The notes below the pieces were generated by a model. That model searched no databases and was not told the DNA's origin. It saw only the letters and a list, made by a program, of their open reading frames with translations. From contig CAVSJV010000018.1 of NCBI GenBank assembly GCA_963728405.1, positions 34,066 through 98,065 of the forward strand: a DNA stretch of 64,000 nt, read 5' to 3'. Positions 1-10,776 of the stretch are shown piece by piece. How positions within the stretch are numbered: position 1 is the first letter of the stretch; the number at the start of each line of letters is the position of its first letter. The translations under genes and the position numbers were made by a program. The DNA comes from Methanomassiliicoccaceae archaeon (GTDB lineage Archaea > Thermoplasmatota > Thermoplasmata > Methanomassiliicoccales > Methanomassiliicoccaceae).

Positions 1-1437
1 ATCCTGAGGGGCTCTTGCAGATCGTGACTGGCCACATAAGCGAACTGCTGCAGCTCGGCGTTGGAACTTTCTAGGTTTCGTTCGATCTCCTTTTGCGTGG
101 TTATGTCCACGTAGGTGGCGAGCCCTCCCATGATCTTTCCTTGCCCGTCCTTCATGGGTATCGCCGAGGCGAGGATCGTTCCCCTGGAACCGTCCAAGCG
201 TTGGATGTCGATCTCCTCGTTCGATATGGTCTCTCCATCCATAAGGGCGCGAGATATGGGCCATTCTTTTGCCTTGAGCTGAATCTCGGTACCGGGACGG
301 AAGCCGTTGTAGGTTGCATACTGATCGATGTCCTCGGCCAAGGGTCGTTCGGTTCGCCAGATCTCGTAGGTCTTCATATTGACGATCTGCAAGCGGCCCT
401 TCGCGTCCGCCACAGAAACGGCGACCGGCAACGAGTCGAGGATGAATTGCAGACGAGCACGCTCCCTTTCGACTGCGTTCTGGGCCTGCTTGATCTCGGT
501 GATGTTCATGGACGAGATCAAGAACATCTCGTCGCTCAAGGGGGCGATGATGTTGAGGAAATAGTTGTCCAGCGGCATGAAGAGACCCTCGTAGGTGACC
601 GATCTACCGCCCTCTCTAGCCTCCCTTATGCGGGGCATGTGTAATGACAAAGCATCCTCACCGTAGACCTGGAGTGCGCTCTGGCCCATGAGATCTTCCT
701 TCTTCCTCCCGAGGGCCCGTTCGGTGGCTCGGTTGACATCCACATAGATATAATCAACGACCATGCCTCGCTCGTCCAGAAACGTACTTGAAGACACCCA
801 CCATTTCCTGCAGGTTCTCGAACATACTGCGGTACTTGGCCTCGCTCTCGCTCAGCTCCTTGGTGCGCTCTTGCACTTTATTCTCAAGCTGCTCGTTCGC
901 ATTCTTCAGCGCTTCTTCCGCCTGCACGCGTTCCGTTAGGTCGGCGACCACGATGCAGTAGGTCGGGACCTTGGCCGTTGGCAGAGAACTGATCGACAGC
1001 TGCATCGGTACGGATGTCCCATCATTATCCTTGAACACAACCTCGTCACGAACCGGTTCGTGAACGCTCTGAATGATCATATCTCTGAATGTCGCCAGGT
1101 CGGAGGAAAGAATGTAATTTTCAAAGTTCGTGCCAATGACATGCTCGAGGGGCACTTTCATCACACGGGCGAAGCTTTGATTGGCGTACAGGATGCCGCC
1201 GTCCTCGGCGATGGTGACCGCACCTTCGTTCATCTGCTCGAACAGAACCCGGTACGGCTCCTCCGCCCCCTTGAGAGTATAGATCTGTTCGCCGCCATCG
1301 GCGGAGACAACGATCGCGTCCACTTCTCCGCTCTGAATGGCCCTGAGCGTTTCCTCCGCATCGGCTAATTTTGCCCTCAGCTCCTCGTTCTCCGATCTAA
1401 GCTGTTCCTCGGTCGGGGCCTTGCGCTTCTCAGAACG
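1..1437 (-). CDS. Multi-PAS sensor histidine kinase downstream of kaiB; frameshifted near 780 and running off the window at its 3' end
   Basis: ORF 754-1323 encodes a PAS domain. The reading continues after a frameshift near 780 (YVLDERGMVVDYIYVDVNRATE...) through two more PAS domains to the H-box LESSNAELQQFAYVASHDLQEPLR at about 75-3. Upstream of 1323 the frame stays open to 1437 (EELRAKLADAEETLRAIQSGEVDAIVV). Confidence 0.9.
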
Positions 1438-1791
1438 TCACTTCTTACCTTCCTTCTTGCTCTTCTTTTCCGGCTGTATCTCCAGCCCGACGACCACTCG
1501 CTCCTTATCGGACATGTCCCCGACCAGCTTCCTAAGTGGCAAAGGCAACTTCCGGATGAGGGTCGGAGCGGCCAGGATCTGCTCCTTCTTGGCCAGCTCC
1601 GGCTGTTGGTAGATGTCGATGATCTCCAGTTCGTACCGTCCCTTGAGCTCCTGCTCGCAGATCTTCTTGATGTTCCGGATCGCCTCCTCCGACCGAGGGG
1701 TGGTGCCGGTGATGTACAACCGAAGAACATACTTGATGTTCTTGTCGTCCATGGGGGTTGAATCATTTTCGGACATATTGCACCTGCTCAT
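1438..1791 (-). CDS. kaiB: Circadian clock protein KaiB family
   Basis: [14 protein letters not shown]...[11 protein letters not shown]...[23 protein letters not shown]; ATGA overlap with the upstream kaiB. Confidence 0.95.
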   Translation of the reverse strand: MSRCNMSENDSTPMDDKNIKYVLRLYITGTTPRSEEAIRNIKKICEQELKGRYELEIIDIYQQPELAKKEQILAAPTLIRKLPLPLRKLVGDMSDKERVVVGLEIQPEKKSKKEGKK

Positions 1792-2099
1792 TCCTCATCG
1801 TGTGGTCGTATGTCCAAGCCTACGAGCACACTCTCCTCGTTAGAGAGGTCCCCGATGATCTTCTTGATCGGCTCGGGAAGTTTCCTTACTAATGTCGGTA
1901 AGGCGACGATCTGGTCGCCCTTGGCCAGCTGGGGGGTCTTCATGAGATCGATGACCTCGATGTGGTATTGATCCTTGAGGTTCTCTTCGCAGATTCTCCG
2001 AAGGTTTGCTAGAGCGGCCAGCGACTTGGGGGTCTGACCGGCCACATAGAGCCGCAGGTCGTACATGTCCTTCTTTTCCTTAGTTCCCCGGTCGCTCAT
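1788..2099 (-). CDS. kaiB: Circadian clock protein KaiB family
   Basis: [21 protein letters not shown]...[23 protein letters not shown]; ATGA overlap with kaiC. Confidence 0.95.
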   Translation of the reverse strand: MSDRGTKEKKDMYDLRLYVAGQTPKSLAALANLRRICEENLKDQYHIEVIDLMKTPQLAKGDQIVALPTLVRKLPEPIKKIIGDLSNEESVLVGLDIRPHDEE

Positions 2100-3808
2100 T
2101 CGCTCCCCTCCTTCCCGCTGGCCGTTCTCAGTGACCTCATGTACTTTCTCCCGGTTTCCAGCTCTTCCCTGCGCCTGTTCTCCTCCGACATTAGTCTGGC
2201 GAGGTCGGCTTCCTTTTCCGCGAACTCGGCGCGCAGCGCTTCCAACCGAGACTCCAGCACCTTACGTTGCTGTTCCAGGTTCGCCTTCAGGCGCTCCATC
2301 TCCTCGGCTCGAGCCGTCTCCTCCACTTCCTCCTTCGCTTCCTGGGCGTAGCGGGCCGAGCCGGTCAGCACGCCGGCAGGACCGATGTACGGCGGGATGA
2401 GGTCGATGCCCTCGCTGGTGATGTGGAACTCCCGTATCTGGTTGGAATGGGCCATGCCTCTCGATTTGACGAGACGAAGAATACGGTTGTTCTCCCCGTT
2501 GGATTCCACGTTCTCCAACAGGATCCACGTGTCCACCAACGAGGAGATCATCGAGCTTTGCTCGGGGCGCTCGGAATGCTTTAGATCGGTGAACACCGAA
2601 GTAACGCCGTTCATCTTCAGGAAATCGACTATGCGCATGAGCGTCGAGCGGACCTCGACATCGTCGCCGATGGCCATCAGGCTGCTGATGGGATCTAAGG
2701 CCACCACATCGGGCTTGAACGTGTTCACCAGTTTATGAATGATGACCAGGTGCATCTCCAGTCCGTAGGAGGTCGGCCGGTCGGCATAGATCTGGAGCGA
2801 ACCGTTCTTGATGAACGGTCCCAGCTCAATACCGATAGAACGCATGTTCCGAATGATCTGGCCCTCTGACTCCTCGAAGGTGAAGAACAGCGCTTTCTTA
2901 CCGTTTTCGCACGACGCCCGAACGAACTCGGCGGCGAACGAGGACTTGCCCGATCCTGCTTGTCCCGTTAATAGAATGGTGCTGCCTTTGAAGTACCCTT
3001 TCCCGCCGAGCATGGCGTCCAGGTCCTTGATGCCTGAGGAAACACGCTTGTCGGTCACCTTGGCCGTAAGACCGATGGAAGTGACCGGTAGTACTGAGAA
3101 ACCGCCCTCGTCGATGAGGAAGGGGTACTCGTTCGAACCGTGCGAGGAACCGCGGTACTTGATGACCCGCATGCGCCGAGTGGCGATATTACCGATGATG
3201 CGGTTATCGAGGACTATGACCGCGTCGGACACATACTCTTCTAGACCATTGCGAGTGAGCGTGTTCTCGCCCTTCTCGCCGGTGATCACGGCCGTTACTC
3301 CTTTGTCCTTCAGGAAGCGGAACAGCCTTCGCAGCTCGGAGCGAAGGATGAGAGTGTTGCTGAAGGCAGAGAAGATCGATTCGATCGTATCGAGCACCAC
3401 GCGCTTGGCGCCCACCAAATCGATCGCATAGCCCAGACGAACGAAGAGCGCCTCCAGATCATACTCCCCGGTCTCCACGATCTCGGCCGATTCGACCTTG
3501 ACGTAGTCTATCGAGAGCATGTTCTTCGCTTCGAGAGCCTTCACATCAAAGCCTAAGGATGCAACATTTTTGACCAGATCTTCCTCCGTCTCTTCAAAAG
3601 AAATGAAGACGCCTGGTTCGTTGAACTTGGTGGCGCCATTGACGAGGAACTCCATGGCGAAGAGCGTCTTGCCGGCCCCGGGACCGCCGACGATCAAGGT
3701 AGGGCGGCCTTTGGGCAAGCCGCCCTTGGTGATGTCATCAAATCCATCGATGCCGGTGGGAGTCTTCGGCAAATCGCCTAGTAACTGTTTCTTTCGCCTG
3801 GCACTCAT
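2096..3808 (-). CDS. kaiC: Circadian clock ATPase/kinase KaiC (double domain, with C-terminal coiled coil)
   Basis: Two RecA-like domains: Walker A GGPGAGKT and GQAGSGKS, catalytic SFEE and [12 protein letters not shown], and ISSLVD at the phospho-site position. Likely start MSARRKK at 3808. Confidence 0.97.
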   Translation of the reverse strand: MSARRKKQLLGDLPKTPTGIDGFDDITKGGLPKGRPTLIVGGPGAGKTLFAMEFLVNGATKFNEPGVFISFEETEEDLVKNVASLGFDVKALEAKNMLSIDYVKVESAEIVETGEYDLEALFVRLGYAIDLVGAKRVVLDTIESIFSAFSNTLILRSELRRLFRFLKDKGVTAVITGEKGENTLTRNGLEEYVSDAVIVLDNRIIGNIATRRMRVIKYRGSSHGSNEYPFLIDEGGFSVLPVTSIGLTAKVTDKRVSSGIKDLDAMLGGKGYFKGSTILLTGQAGSGKSSFAAEFVRASCENGKKALFFTFEESEGQIIRNMRSIGIELGPFIKNGSLQIYADRPTSYGLEMHLVIIHKLVNTFKPDVVALDPISSLMAIGDDVEVRSTLMRIVDFLKMNGVTSVFTDLKHSERPEQSSMISSLVDTWILLENVESNGENNRILRLVKSRGMAHSNQIREFHITSEGIDLIPPYIGPAGVLTGSARYAQEAKEEVEETARAEEMERLKANLEQQRKVLESRLEALRAEFAEKEADLARLMSEENRRREELETGRKYMRSLRTASGKEGSE

Positions 3809-4375
3809 CGTCTGGTCTCCGTGGTTGGAGTATCTGGCTGGTAGAACATCGCACTTTCTATCGGCAATCTTGGTACCCCGATTATTTACGACCAATATCT
3901 CCACCATGATATTTCAACGCTTTTCATCTCCACCCAGTATGTAGCCCCAATGCTCTCGATCGTGGCCTGACCCAACGAGTTATGTCATTGTTCGAATGCT
4001 GCCCCACCGTGATTATTGTGTATGTGTTGAATAAATTGTTTCGAGTGTAATGGTATGATGGTCCGCATCGAGTGCCAGCGCGCATATGGTCACGCTCAGG
4101 GTACCTCAGGGGTTTTGCTCGAAATGTGACATCATGATCGCCAGGACCATCGATGCCGGCGCTCGGCCGAAGCTGATCAGGCCTTGAGCTGGACCGGAAC
4201 TATCGACAGTACGATAGGCGACACACGAAAAGCACTTACGCCCCACGGTGACGTCAATATGCCCGGGGCCTGGCGAGTGAATGTGAGTGAATGTATGATC
4301 TCTCCATCAGTTACCTCCTGATCTAGGCCATATGGCATTTCCCACCGGATTGCCAGCGGTTCTATTCTATTTGCT

Positions 4376-5495
4376 CTATATCGGGATAGTGAAGAAGAAG
4401 GTGCTGCCATGGCCCGGCTCCGACTCGAACCATACCGTTCCACCGTGCCGTTCCACTATCCGCTTCACCGTGGCCAGTCCGATCCCGGTCCCTTCGTACT
4501 CTGCGGAAGAATGAAGGCGGGAGAACATCTGGAATAATCGGTCCGCATACTGCGGCTCGATCCCAATGCCGTTGTCCTGGACCGAGAACTGCCATGCTGC
4601 CCCTCTCTTTTCCGCGGAGACATGGATCCGAGGGGCCTCGGGGCCGTGGAACTTTAGGGCATTGGCCACCAGGTTTTGCAGGAGCTGCACCATCTGGGTG
4701 CCATTGGCCCTGATGGTGGGGAGCCGGTCGCTGGAAACGGAGGCCTGTAAGCTCGCGATGGAGGCGGCGAGATTCTGTCGAACCGTGTCAAGGACCTGGT
4801 TCATATCGGTCGGTTCAAGATCCATGTCGCTCTGCTCGATGGTCGAGTACTGCAGCAGATCGTCGATCAGATGGGCCATATGCCTGGCGGCGTCCACGGA
4901 ATGGCCGATGTACTCTCCGGCCCGTTGGTCCAGGGCCTTTCCCTGATATTTTCGTTGTAAGAGCTGCAAGTAAGAAGAGATGGTGGACAGGGGGGATTTC
5001 AGATCATGGGAGGCGATATAGGCGAACTTCTTTAGGTCCTCATTGGACTGGTTCAATTCGTCGCTCTTTTCCCTCAAGCGATCATTGGCCCGCTCCAGCT
5101 CGCTCGTTCCCTTTTCCAGGCGTTCATTGCTTTCCTGGAGGGAGCGATTGGTCCGTTTGAGATCGGCGGCCTGCTTGACTTAAGAATTGACCGAAGATCA
5201 CGGCTACGATGATCACGAAGATGGTGAAGGCACCATCGATCACCGAAGTGCTCTCCGCCCCCGGCGAGGAGAAATAGAAGCCCGTGATGGTCAACGCTGT
5301 GGTCACCACGCCCATAAGCAGCAGAGGCGTCCGCATCCGACCATAGAGGGTTATTACCACGATGGGGATCAGATAGAGGACCGTGTCGGCGTAGCCCCGG
5401 GGAATGGCGATGTCGAGCGCAAAAATGGGGACACATGAAAGGAAGCAGAGCAAGATAACAACATTGGAACCATGATCCCCTCCATGATCCTGCAT
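4376..5495 (-). CDS. Membrane-bound sensor histidine kinase (frameshifted near 5100-5150)
   Basis: 5124-5495 is a hydrophobic multi-TM domain. 4376-5077 has H-box FAYIASHDLKSPL, N-box NLVANALKF, DNGIGI and GTGIGLA. Confidence 0.88.
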
Positions 5496-5810
5496 AAATC
5501 TTGATGAGTCGTGCCCATATTATATTGTTCTATGAACGGTTGGCCAGCCTATCTCTGGGAATGCCCGACGGTATGATCGATTAATGAAAATAGGTCGAAC
5601 GGCGGATACTGGTTCAGAGGCAATGACGAACCCGCTCATGGGGTACTGGCGGGGAGTGCATCTCTCCACAAAGATGGCGATGTGGGAACCTGATACGGAT
5701 CATGATGGAAGGCGTCTTTCGCACAGCAGGGCGATCTCGGCACCGCCTTGACATGTATCACAAAAATTGAGTAGCCTTTTTATAGCCAATAATCTCAAGA
5801 GAAGGATATT

Positions 5811-6140
5811 ATGGCCAACAATATCAAACTGATCGTATATCCTGCAAAAGACTTGGAAAAGGCCAAACGCATTTTTAGTAAATTTTTAGATGTTGAGCCC
5901 TACGTGGACGGACCATATTATGTGGGCTATAAAATGGGCGATCAGGAAGTGGGCTTGGACCCCCACGGCCAGGCAGTAATATGCTATATTGACGTGACCG
6001 ACATTAAAAAAAGCCTTCAGACCTTAGTAGACGCTGGCGCGGTCATTCAGCAAGATATTAAAGATGTAGGTGGGGGCCTGTTAATCGCACAGGTCAAAGA
6101 TGCCAACAACAATCTATTAGGTCTTAGGGGGCCGAAATAG
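5811..6140 (+). CDS. VOC/glyoxalase family protein
   Basis: YPAKDLEKAK...CYIDVTDIKKSLQTLVDAGA...DVGGGLLIAQVKDANNNLLGL matches the VOC beta-alpha-beta-beta-beta pattern. Confidence 0.85.
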   Translation: MANNIKLIVYPAKDLEKAKRIFSKFLDVEPYVDGPYYVGYKMGDQEVGLDPHGQAVICYIDVTDIKKSLQTLVDAGAVIQQDIKDVGGGLLIAQVKDANNNLLGLRGPK

Positions 6141-6350
6141 TTTAAACTAGATCTCTCGGCGGCATCGGGCAGGGCACCCTGCCCTTGGATGGCGGTTAGC
6201 CTGGCAAGAGCCGTTCAACCGTCAGTGTGTTGGGACGATGAGGTCAGATGCCGTTCCGAAAAATTAGTGTATGCCGGCTAGGGGTAAGGCCGTGGGAATA
6301 GCCAACCACGGGGGACAAAGGAACAGGGGGCGGTAGGGGAACCCGCTCCC

Positions 6351-6500
6351 CTATTTGTGGATCTTCTCCTTCAGCTTCTCCCCGAACTTGGCGGCCTTTT
6401 CCACCAGCTTGTCCACCTTTTCCTGGGCTCCCGCCTCGGCCTTCTTCGCAGACGTCTTTATCTCTATCTCATCCGACTTTGTCTCCTCGGTCGTTCCCAT
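6351..6500 (-). CDS. Small charged helical protein (49 aa; CsbD/LEA-like composition), below the ORF-track cutoff
   Basis: Read manually: MGTTEETKSDEIEIKTSAKKAEAGAQEKVDKLVEKAAKFGEKLKEKIHK*. An AT-rich promoter-like tract lies at 6541-6550 and a GC-rich hairpin follows the stop. Confidence 0.6.
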   Translation of the reverse strand: MGTTEETKSDEIEIKTSAKKAEAGAQEKVDKLVEKAAKFGEKLKEKIHK

Positions 6501-6725
6501 GCGCTGACGCTCCTGTAGATGGTAACTTGGGCGCCATCCGATAAATAATCACTGACCGGAACAGATCGGTCAAGGGTCGCTGGCCCGGCATGCACGGCAA
6601 GGATGCCGGGTTCCTTATCCGTTGTCAATGGCTTCCCATGGCCGTTCCTAACCTTCGGTGGCCCCAGCCCCATCACCATATCGGTCAGCACAACATTGTT
6701 ATATCATCAGGTCCGAGCCAGCGGC

Positions 6726-7091
6726 ATGGACCTCGAAGAGTTGATCGAAAAAAGAATGGAGGCCATTCTGAGGAATGACCGCAGCCTGTCGGTAGAGTAC
6801 GAAATAATGGAGGAAGTTAAGGATGGTGCCGACTGGGGCGTGATAGCCATCCTCGACGATCATGACCAGGTTCGACGCTATGAGTTCATCGAGTCGGAGG
6901 CAAGCTGGATGAGGCCTATGGCGATCGATGAGTACAACGAGGCGGCCTATGGTGAGGTCCCCGTCTCGGTCATCGTCCCGGACGAAGCGTTCCTGGCCAT
7001 GAGCACGCGGGTCCAGAAGTATGGTAACAGGGACATCGCCGTTTTCGGCTACGATGCCATCTTGCTGCGGGTCAAGGGATTGCCCCCCTGA
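6726..7091 (+). CDS. Hypothetical acidic protein
   Basis: MDLEELIEKRMEAIL... has coding-like codon usage and follows a TTATAT box near 6698. Confidence 0.65.
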   Translation: MDLEELIEKRMEAILRNDRSLSVEYEIMEEVKDGADWGVIAILDDHDQVRRYEFIESEASWMRPMAIDEYNEAAYGEVPVSVIVPDEAFLAMSTRVQKYGNRDIAVFGYDAILLRVKGLPP

Positions 7092-7260
7092 GCATAGGTG
7101 CGGAAAAGGCTCTTTTCGAGCAAATGGTATGGCTACCGTCCAACTTCGGGCGAGAAGCCATAGATCGGTAGATGGGCAGTGATCACATCGACGAAGTCTC
7201 GCCCCACGGGGTACCTCCACAGGGACATCCATAAGGCCGACCTGTGCTAATCTTCTGAAC

Positions 7261-7887
7261 GTGGGCATCGTCGAATCGATAGTTCAGTTCGTTATGCAGC
7301 TCATCGACCAGATCGGCTATCCCGGCATCGTCGGCCTGATGCTCTTGCAGAGTATGGGCCTACCGATACCGAGCGAGGTGGTGATGCCCATGGGCGGATG
7401 GCTCGCTTCCGACGGAGCGCTCGATCTCATCCTGGTCATCGCCTCCGGGACCCTGGGGAGCGTCATCGGTTCGGTCATTGCCTACGAGATCGGCCTTAAG
7501 GGAGGGAGGGCCGCGGTCGAACGGTATGGCGGGTTCGTGCTCTTGAACAAGGACCGTCTCGATTCAGCGGAGCAGTGGTTCGATAAGTTCGGGGTGACGG
7601 CCATCTTCCTATCGCGTTTGCTTCCCTTCGTCGGTGCCTATCTTTCCTTTCCGGCAGGAATGGTCAAAATGAAGTTCTGGCCGTTCCTCGCCCTGACGGC
7701 CCTGGGCTCGGTGGTCTGGTGCTCCGCCCTGGTGTGTATCGGCTATCTCCTGGGGCCGAACTGGAACAGCCTCGCCGGTTCCTATGATCTGCTGGCCATT
7801 ATGGTCCTGGCGGCCTGCGGGCTCGCACTGGGGGCCTGGTATCTCGTGAAAGGCAGAACGAAGAATGACGGACTGATGCCGAAGTAA
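7261..7887 (+). CDS. DedA family membrane protein
   Basis: GYPGIVGLMLLQSMGLPIPSEVVMPMGG...AEQWFDKFG..AIFLSRLLPFV..YLSFPAG are DedA motifs. Confidence 0.93.
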   Translation: MGIVESIVQFVMQLIDQIGYPGIVGLMLLQSMGLPIPSEVVMPMGGWLASDGALDLILVIASGTLGSVIGSVIAYEIGLKGGRAAVERYGGFVLLNKDRLDSAEQWFDKFGVTAIFLSRLLPFVGAYLSFPAGMVKMKFWPFLALTALGSVVWCSALVCIGYLLGPNWNSLAGSYDLLAIMVLAACGLALGAWYLVKGRTKNDGLMPK

Positions 7888-8041
7888 ATGGACAGCGCCT
7901 CCATCCCGGTCGGAGGCATCCTGGTCGAAGTGAACCGTCGTCAACCTTATTTCCTCTCCGCTGTCGCGGTGTCCGATCACTTCTTGCTCCCCTTTCTATC
8001 GTCCGTCATCGGCTTTGAGACTTACCTGATCGCAGCCAGCT

Positions 8042-8615
8042 TCAATCCTGAACATCCAATGCCGAGATCTTGTCCAATGGCAGTGGCGGGCCGATCGGCT
8101 TCTTGTTGGCCCGAGATGGCAGCCATTGCTTTGCCTCTCCTAACGATCGGTCCAATTCCCAGCTCACGAACGCCCTGAACGTGACCGGCTCACCGCTCAG
8201 CTTCCGGCACAAGTTGAGTTCGCCCATTACCAGGATCGCTGCCAGTATCACCGTCAATGCCATCTCCGGCATCGAGGCCAACCCCAGATAATAGGTCTCG
8301 ACGTAGTCCATGAGCAAGTGCATGACCCATGAGAGCAGCGGGGTGGCAAAGGAGAACAGCAGCGCCACCGGCATGACGACGAAGAACGCCACCGGCTGGT
8401 GCATCATCGATTTCCACTCCACGTCCGAGGCCATGGCATGTTTGATGCTGAGCAGGCTCGCTCCCTGGTTGCCCGATACAGTACTCGGCCATTCCGAACA
8501 GGTGGTCCAGATCGATGAACACGCCGAACATGAGCACCGCCAACGCATCGTTCCTCTCCAAAGAGAACAGACGGATGATGATCAGGCAGACCAGGATATG
8601 AACGATGGCAAGCAA
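8042..8615 (-). CDS. Membrane protein, possibly a metal-dependent hydrolase (frameshifted)
   Basis: IVHILV...FIDLDHL joins across a frameshift to MMHQPV...WVMHLLMD, giving a His/Asp pattern in a TM protein. Confidence 0.55.
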
Positions 8616-8794
8616 TGAAAACTACCACGGCCGGAGGAGTAGATTAACGTTTTGGACCTGTTTTATCGAGAACGATATTACTGGGATCAGTCAAGCCAGC
8701 ATGAGGCTCATTATATTGTTAGGTCATCCGAGATCTGGAGGGCAACAAGCCGTTCGAGGATGAGCTCTCCCCCCGCACCAGCGACCTAAGCTGC

Positions 8795-9481
8795 CTATTT
8801 GAGGCCGTAGAGACCCGCCTGCATGTGAGAGTACCAGAACAGTTCCACCGTGCGGAAACCGGCCTCTCGTAGCAGGGCCAGATGCTCTTCCGCGGTGATG
8901 GGGAAGTACTCTTTGTCCAATCGGGCCAGAATGGTGTTCACCTCCGCAGCGCTCTTACCCATCTCGGACTGGAAGCGACCCCAGTTCCTCTTCCCGATCT
9001 CGATCCCGCGGGCGGTGAATGGACGGATGTTCTCGAAGGTGACGAACAGACCGCCCTCTTGCAGGCTCTCGAAGCACACCTCCACTGCCTTTTTCCTCTC
9101 GACCTTCGATAGATAGTGGTGGCATTGAATGGCGGTGATCACATCGGGGCTTTTATCGATCAGGCCCATCAACCCCTGAGTGCCGGTCGGCCGGAGAAAT
9201 TGAACGCGCTCCTCGCCGGCAAGTTTCTTCCGCGCTCGGTCCAGCATCTGCTCCGACGGATCGGCCAGGAGGAACCGGGTGTGGGGCAGGCGGTCCAGGG
9301 CCGTTCTCACCAGCGTCCCGGTCCCGCAGCCGGTGTCCAACCAGAGCGTGGGAGGACGGTCTAGGGAGGAGGCTAGGTTGATCGTTTCCTGGTGCATGAG
9401 GTCAAGATAGGGGATCGTCCTTACGATCTGGGCGTCATAGTCCTCGGGCGGGTGAGGAGCCCTATTGCCGCTACCAGTCAT
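8795..9481 (-). CDS. Class I SAM-dependent methyltransferase
   Basis: YDAQIVRTIPY, WLDTGCGTG (motif I), LADPSEQML, AIQCHHY. Confidence 0.9.
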   Translation of the reverse strand: MTGSGNRAPHPPEDYDAQIVRTIPYLDLMHQETINLASSLDRPPTLWLDTGCGTGTLVRTALDRLPHTRFLLADPSEQMLDRARKKLAGEERVQFLRPTGTQGLMGLIDKSPDVITAIQCHHYLSKVERKKAVEVCFESLQEGGLFVTFENIRPFTARGIEIGKRNWGRFQSEMGKSAAEVNTILARLDKEYFPITAEEHLALLREAGFRTVELFWYSHMQAGLYGLK

Positions 9482-9722
9482 CGATCGCCAAAGGGGCTCG
9501 GCCGTAATAAGTCTGCGGTCGCTCATAGCCTCACGGCAGGAACGGTGTGGATGTGCATCATTTCCCATGGGCAGCCCCACACCCGGTGCGGCACCGGGCG
9601 CTCACGAACCGGTGCACCGGGCCAAGAATTGGCTCGATGCCAAATGCCCTGTTCCCGGAAACGATGCCGCGTCTACGCATTGATTCACGTCGGGCCGTTC
9701 TCCCGAATCAACTAGGGAGCGC

Positions 9723-10661
9723 TCACTCCCGGCCTCCCCACCCTTTCAGGACGCCCTGGAGCCACTTCCCGTTCTCCTTGTACAGCTTGACGAGGAGGTT
9801 CCCGAAGTACCCCCGGTCGAACCAGTACCGGTAGCGCCGGTCCAGCATCTCCTGGTAGTTCGGCACATAGGTCGATACCGGTATCCACTCAGCACCGTTC
9901 TTGATCTTGTAGAAGTCATAGGCGGAAGCGGCGGCCAGGCGGTGGTACAACGCCAGGTCATAGATGCCATAGCGCATGTAGATGACGAAGTCTTCCAGCG
10001 CGTTGGGGGAGTTCGGATTGGTGGAGAGCCCTTGGGAGGCCACCAGGAAGTAACCCAGGTTCCCCTCCAGGGGGACGAACTTGGAATGAAGCGCCAATCG
10101 GATGGTGAAATCGTAGTCGGCAGACGAGCGGAACTGCTCGTCCAAGTAACCGGCCCTCTCGATGAGGGCCTTGCGGAACATGAAGAACGAGCCGAACACG
10201 AACAGCCGGGTCGCCTCGCCGGCCGGCTCTCGGGTCTTGTCCCAGATGTAGCCCTCCTCCACCTCGCCGAAGCGGGGGACCACCTTTTCCTTCCCGTACA
10301 CCAGGTCGACATCGGGTTGCCGGTCCAGGACGTCCGCCTGCCTTTCAATGGAGTCGGGAGTCCGCAGGTCGTCGATGTTCCATATCGCCAGGTAGGGCCC
10401 GGTGGCGTTCCGGATGCAGTTGTTCCAGGATGCCGAATAGGTGACCACTTTTGGCTGGACGGTATAGCGAAGATGTCCGGGGTACTTCTCCTGGAACTCC
10501 CTGACCAGCCGAAGCTCCTCGGCCGACGGCTCATTGAGGTCCATTACCAATTCCAGGCGATCGAAGGCGGTCTGCTCCGGAACTCGCTCCAGGAACAGCG
10601 GCAGGTACTTCTCCCCGCGGTAGCAGGAGGTCAGGGTGGAGACAATGGGCCTCTCGTTCAT
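9723..10661 (-). CDS. Glycosyltransferase family 2
   Basis: IVSTLTSCYRGEKYL, YSASWN, WNIDD, GYLDEQFRSSADYDF. Confidence 0.9.
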   Translation of the reverse strand: MNERPIVSTLTSCYRGEKYLPLFLERVPEQTAFDRLELVMDLNEPSAEELRLVREFQEKYPGHLRYTVQPKVVTYSASWNNCIRNATGPYLAIWNIDDLRTPDSIERQADVLDRQPDVDLVYGKEKVVPRFGEVEEGYIWDKTREPAGEATRLFVFGSFFMFRKALIERAGYLDEQFRSSADYDFTIRLALHSKFVPLEGNLGYFLVASQGLSTNPNSPNALEDFVIYMRYGIYDLALYHRLAAASAYDFYKIKNGAEWIPVSTYVPNYQEMLDRRYRYWFDRGYFGNLLVKLYKENGKWLQGVLKGWGGRE

Positions 10662-10776
10662 TTCCCTCGGTCCTCCAAGCGCCAGTTCCCTGGCCCCCTC
10701 CGCTCATCACCCAGGTCATGGCGGGCCCTCGACCAGAGCCCCCAGCGATCGTTGGGTCGCCCAACGACGAGGGTAC

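Noticed and set aside
770-790. Programmed frameshifting in the kinases and surface protein
   Set aside because: Breaks often coincide with short homopolymers and occur across unrelated genes, which fits sequencing error better.
3809-3907. N-terminal extension of KaiC in the ORF track
   Set aside because: It is not KaiC-like and overlaps an AT-rich promoter-like tract; ATG 3808 is preceded by GGAG.
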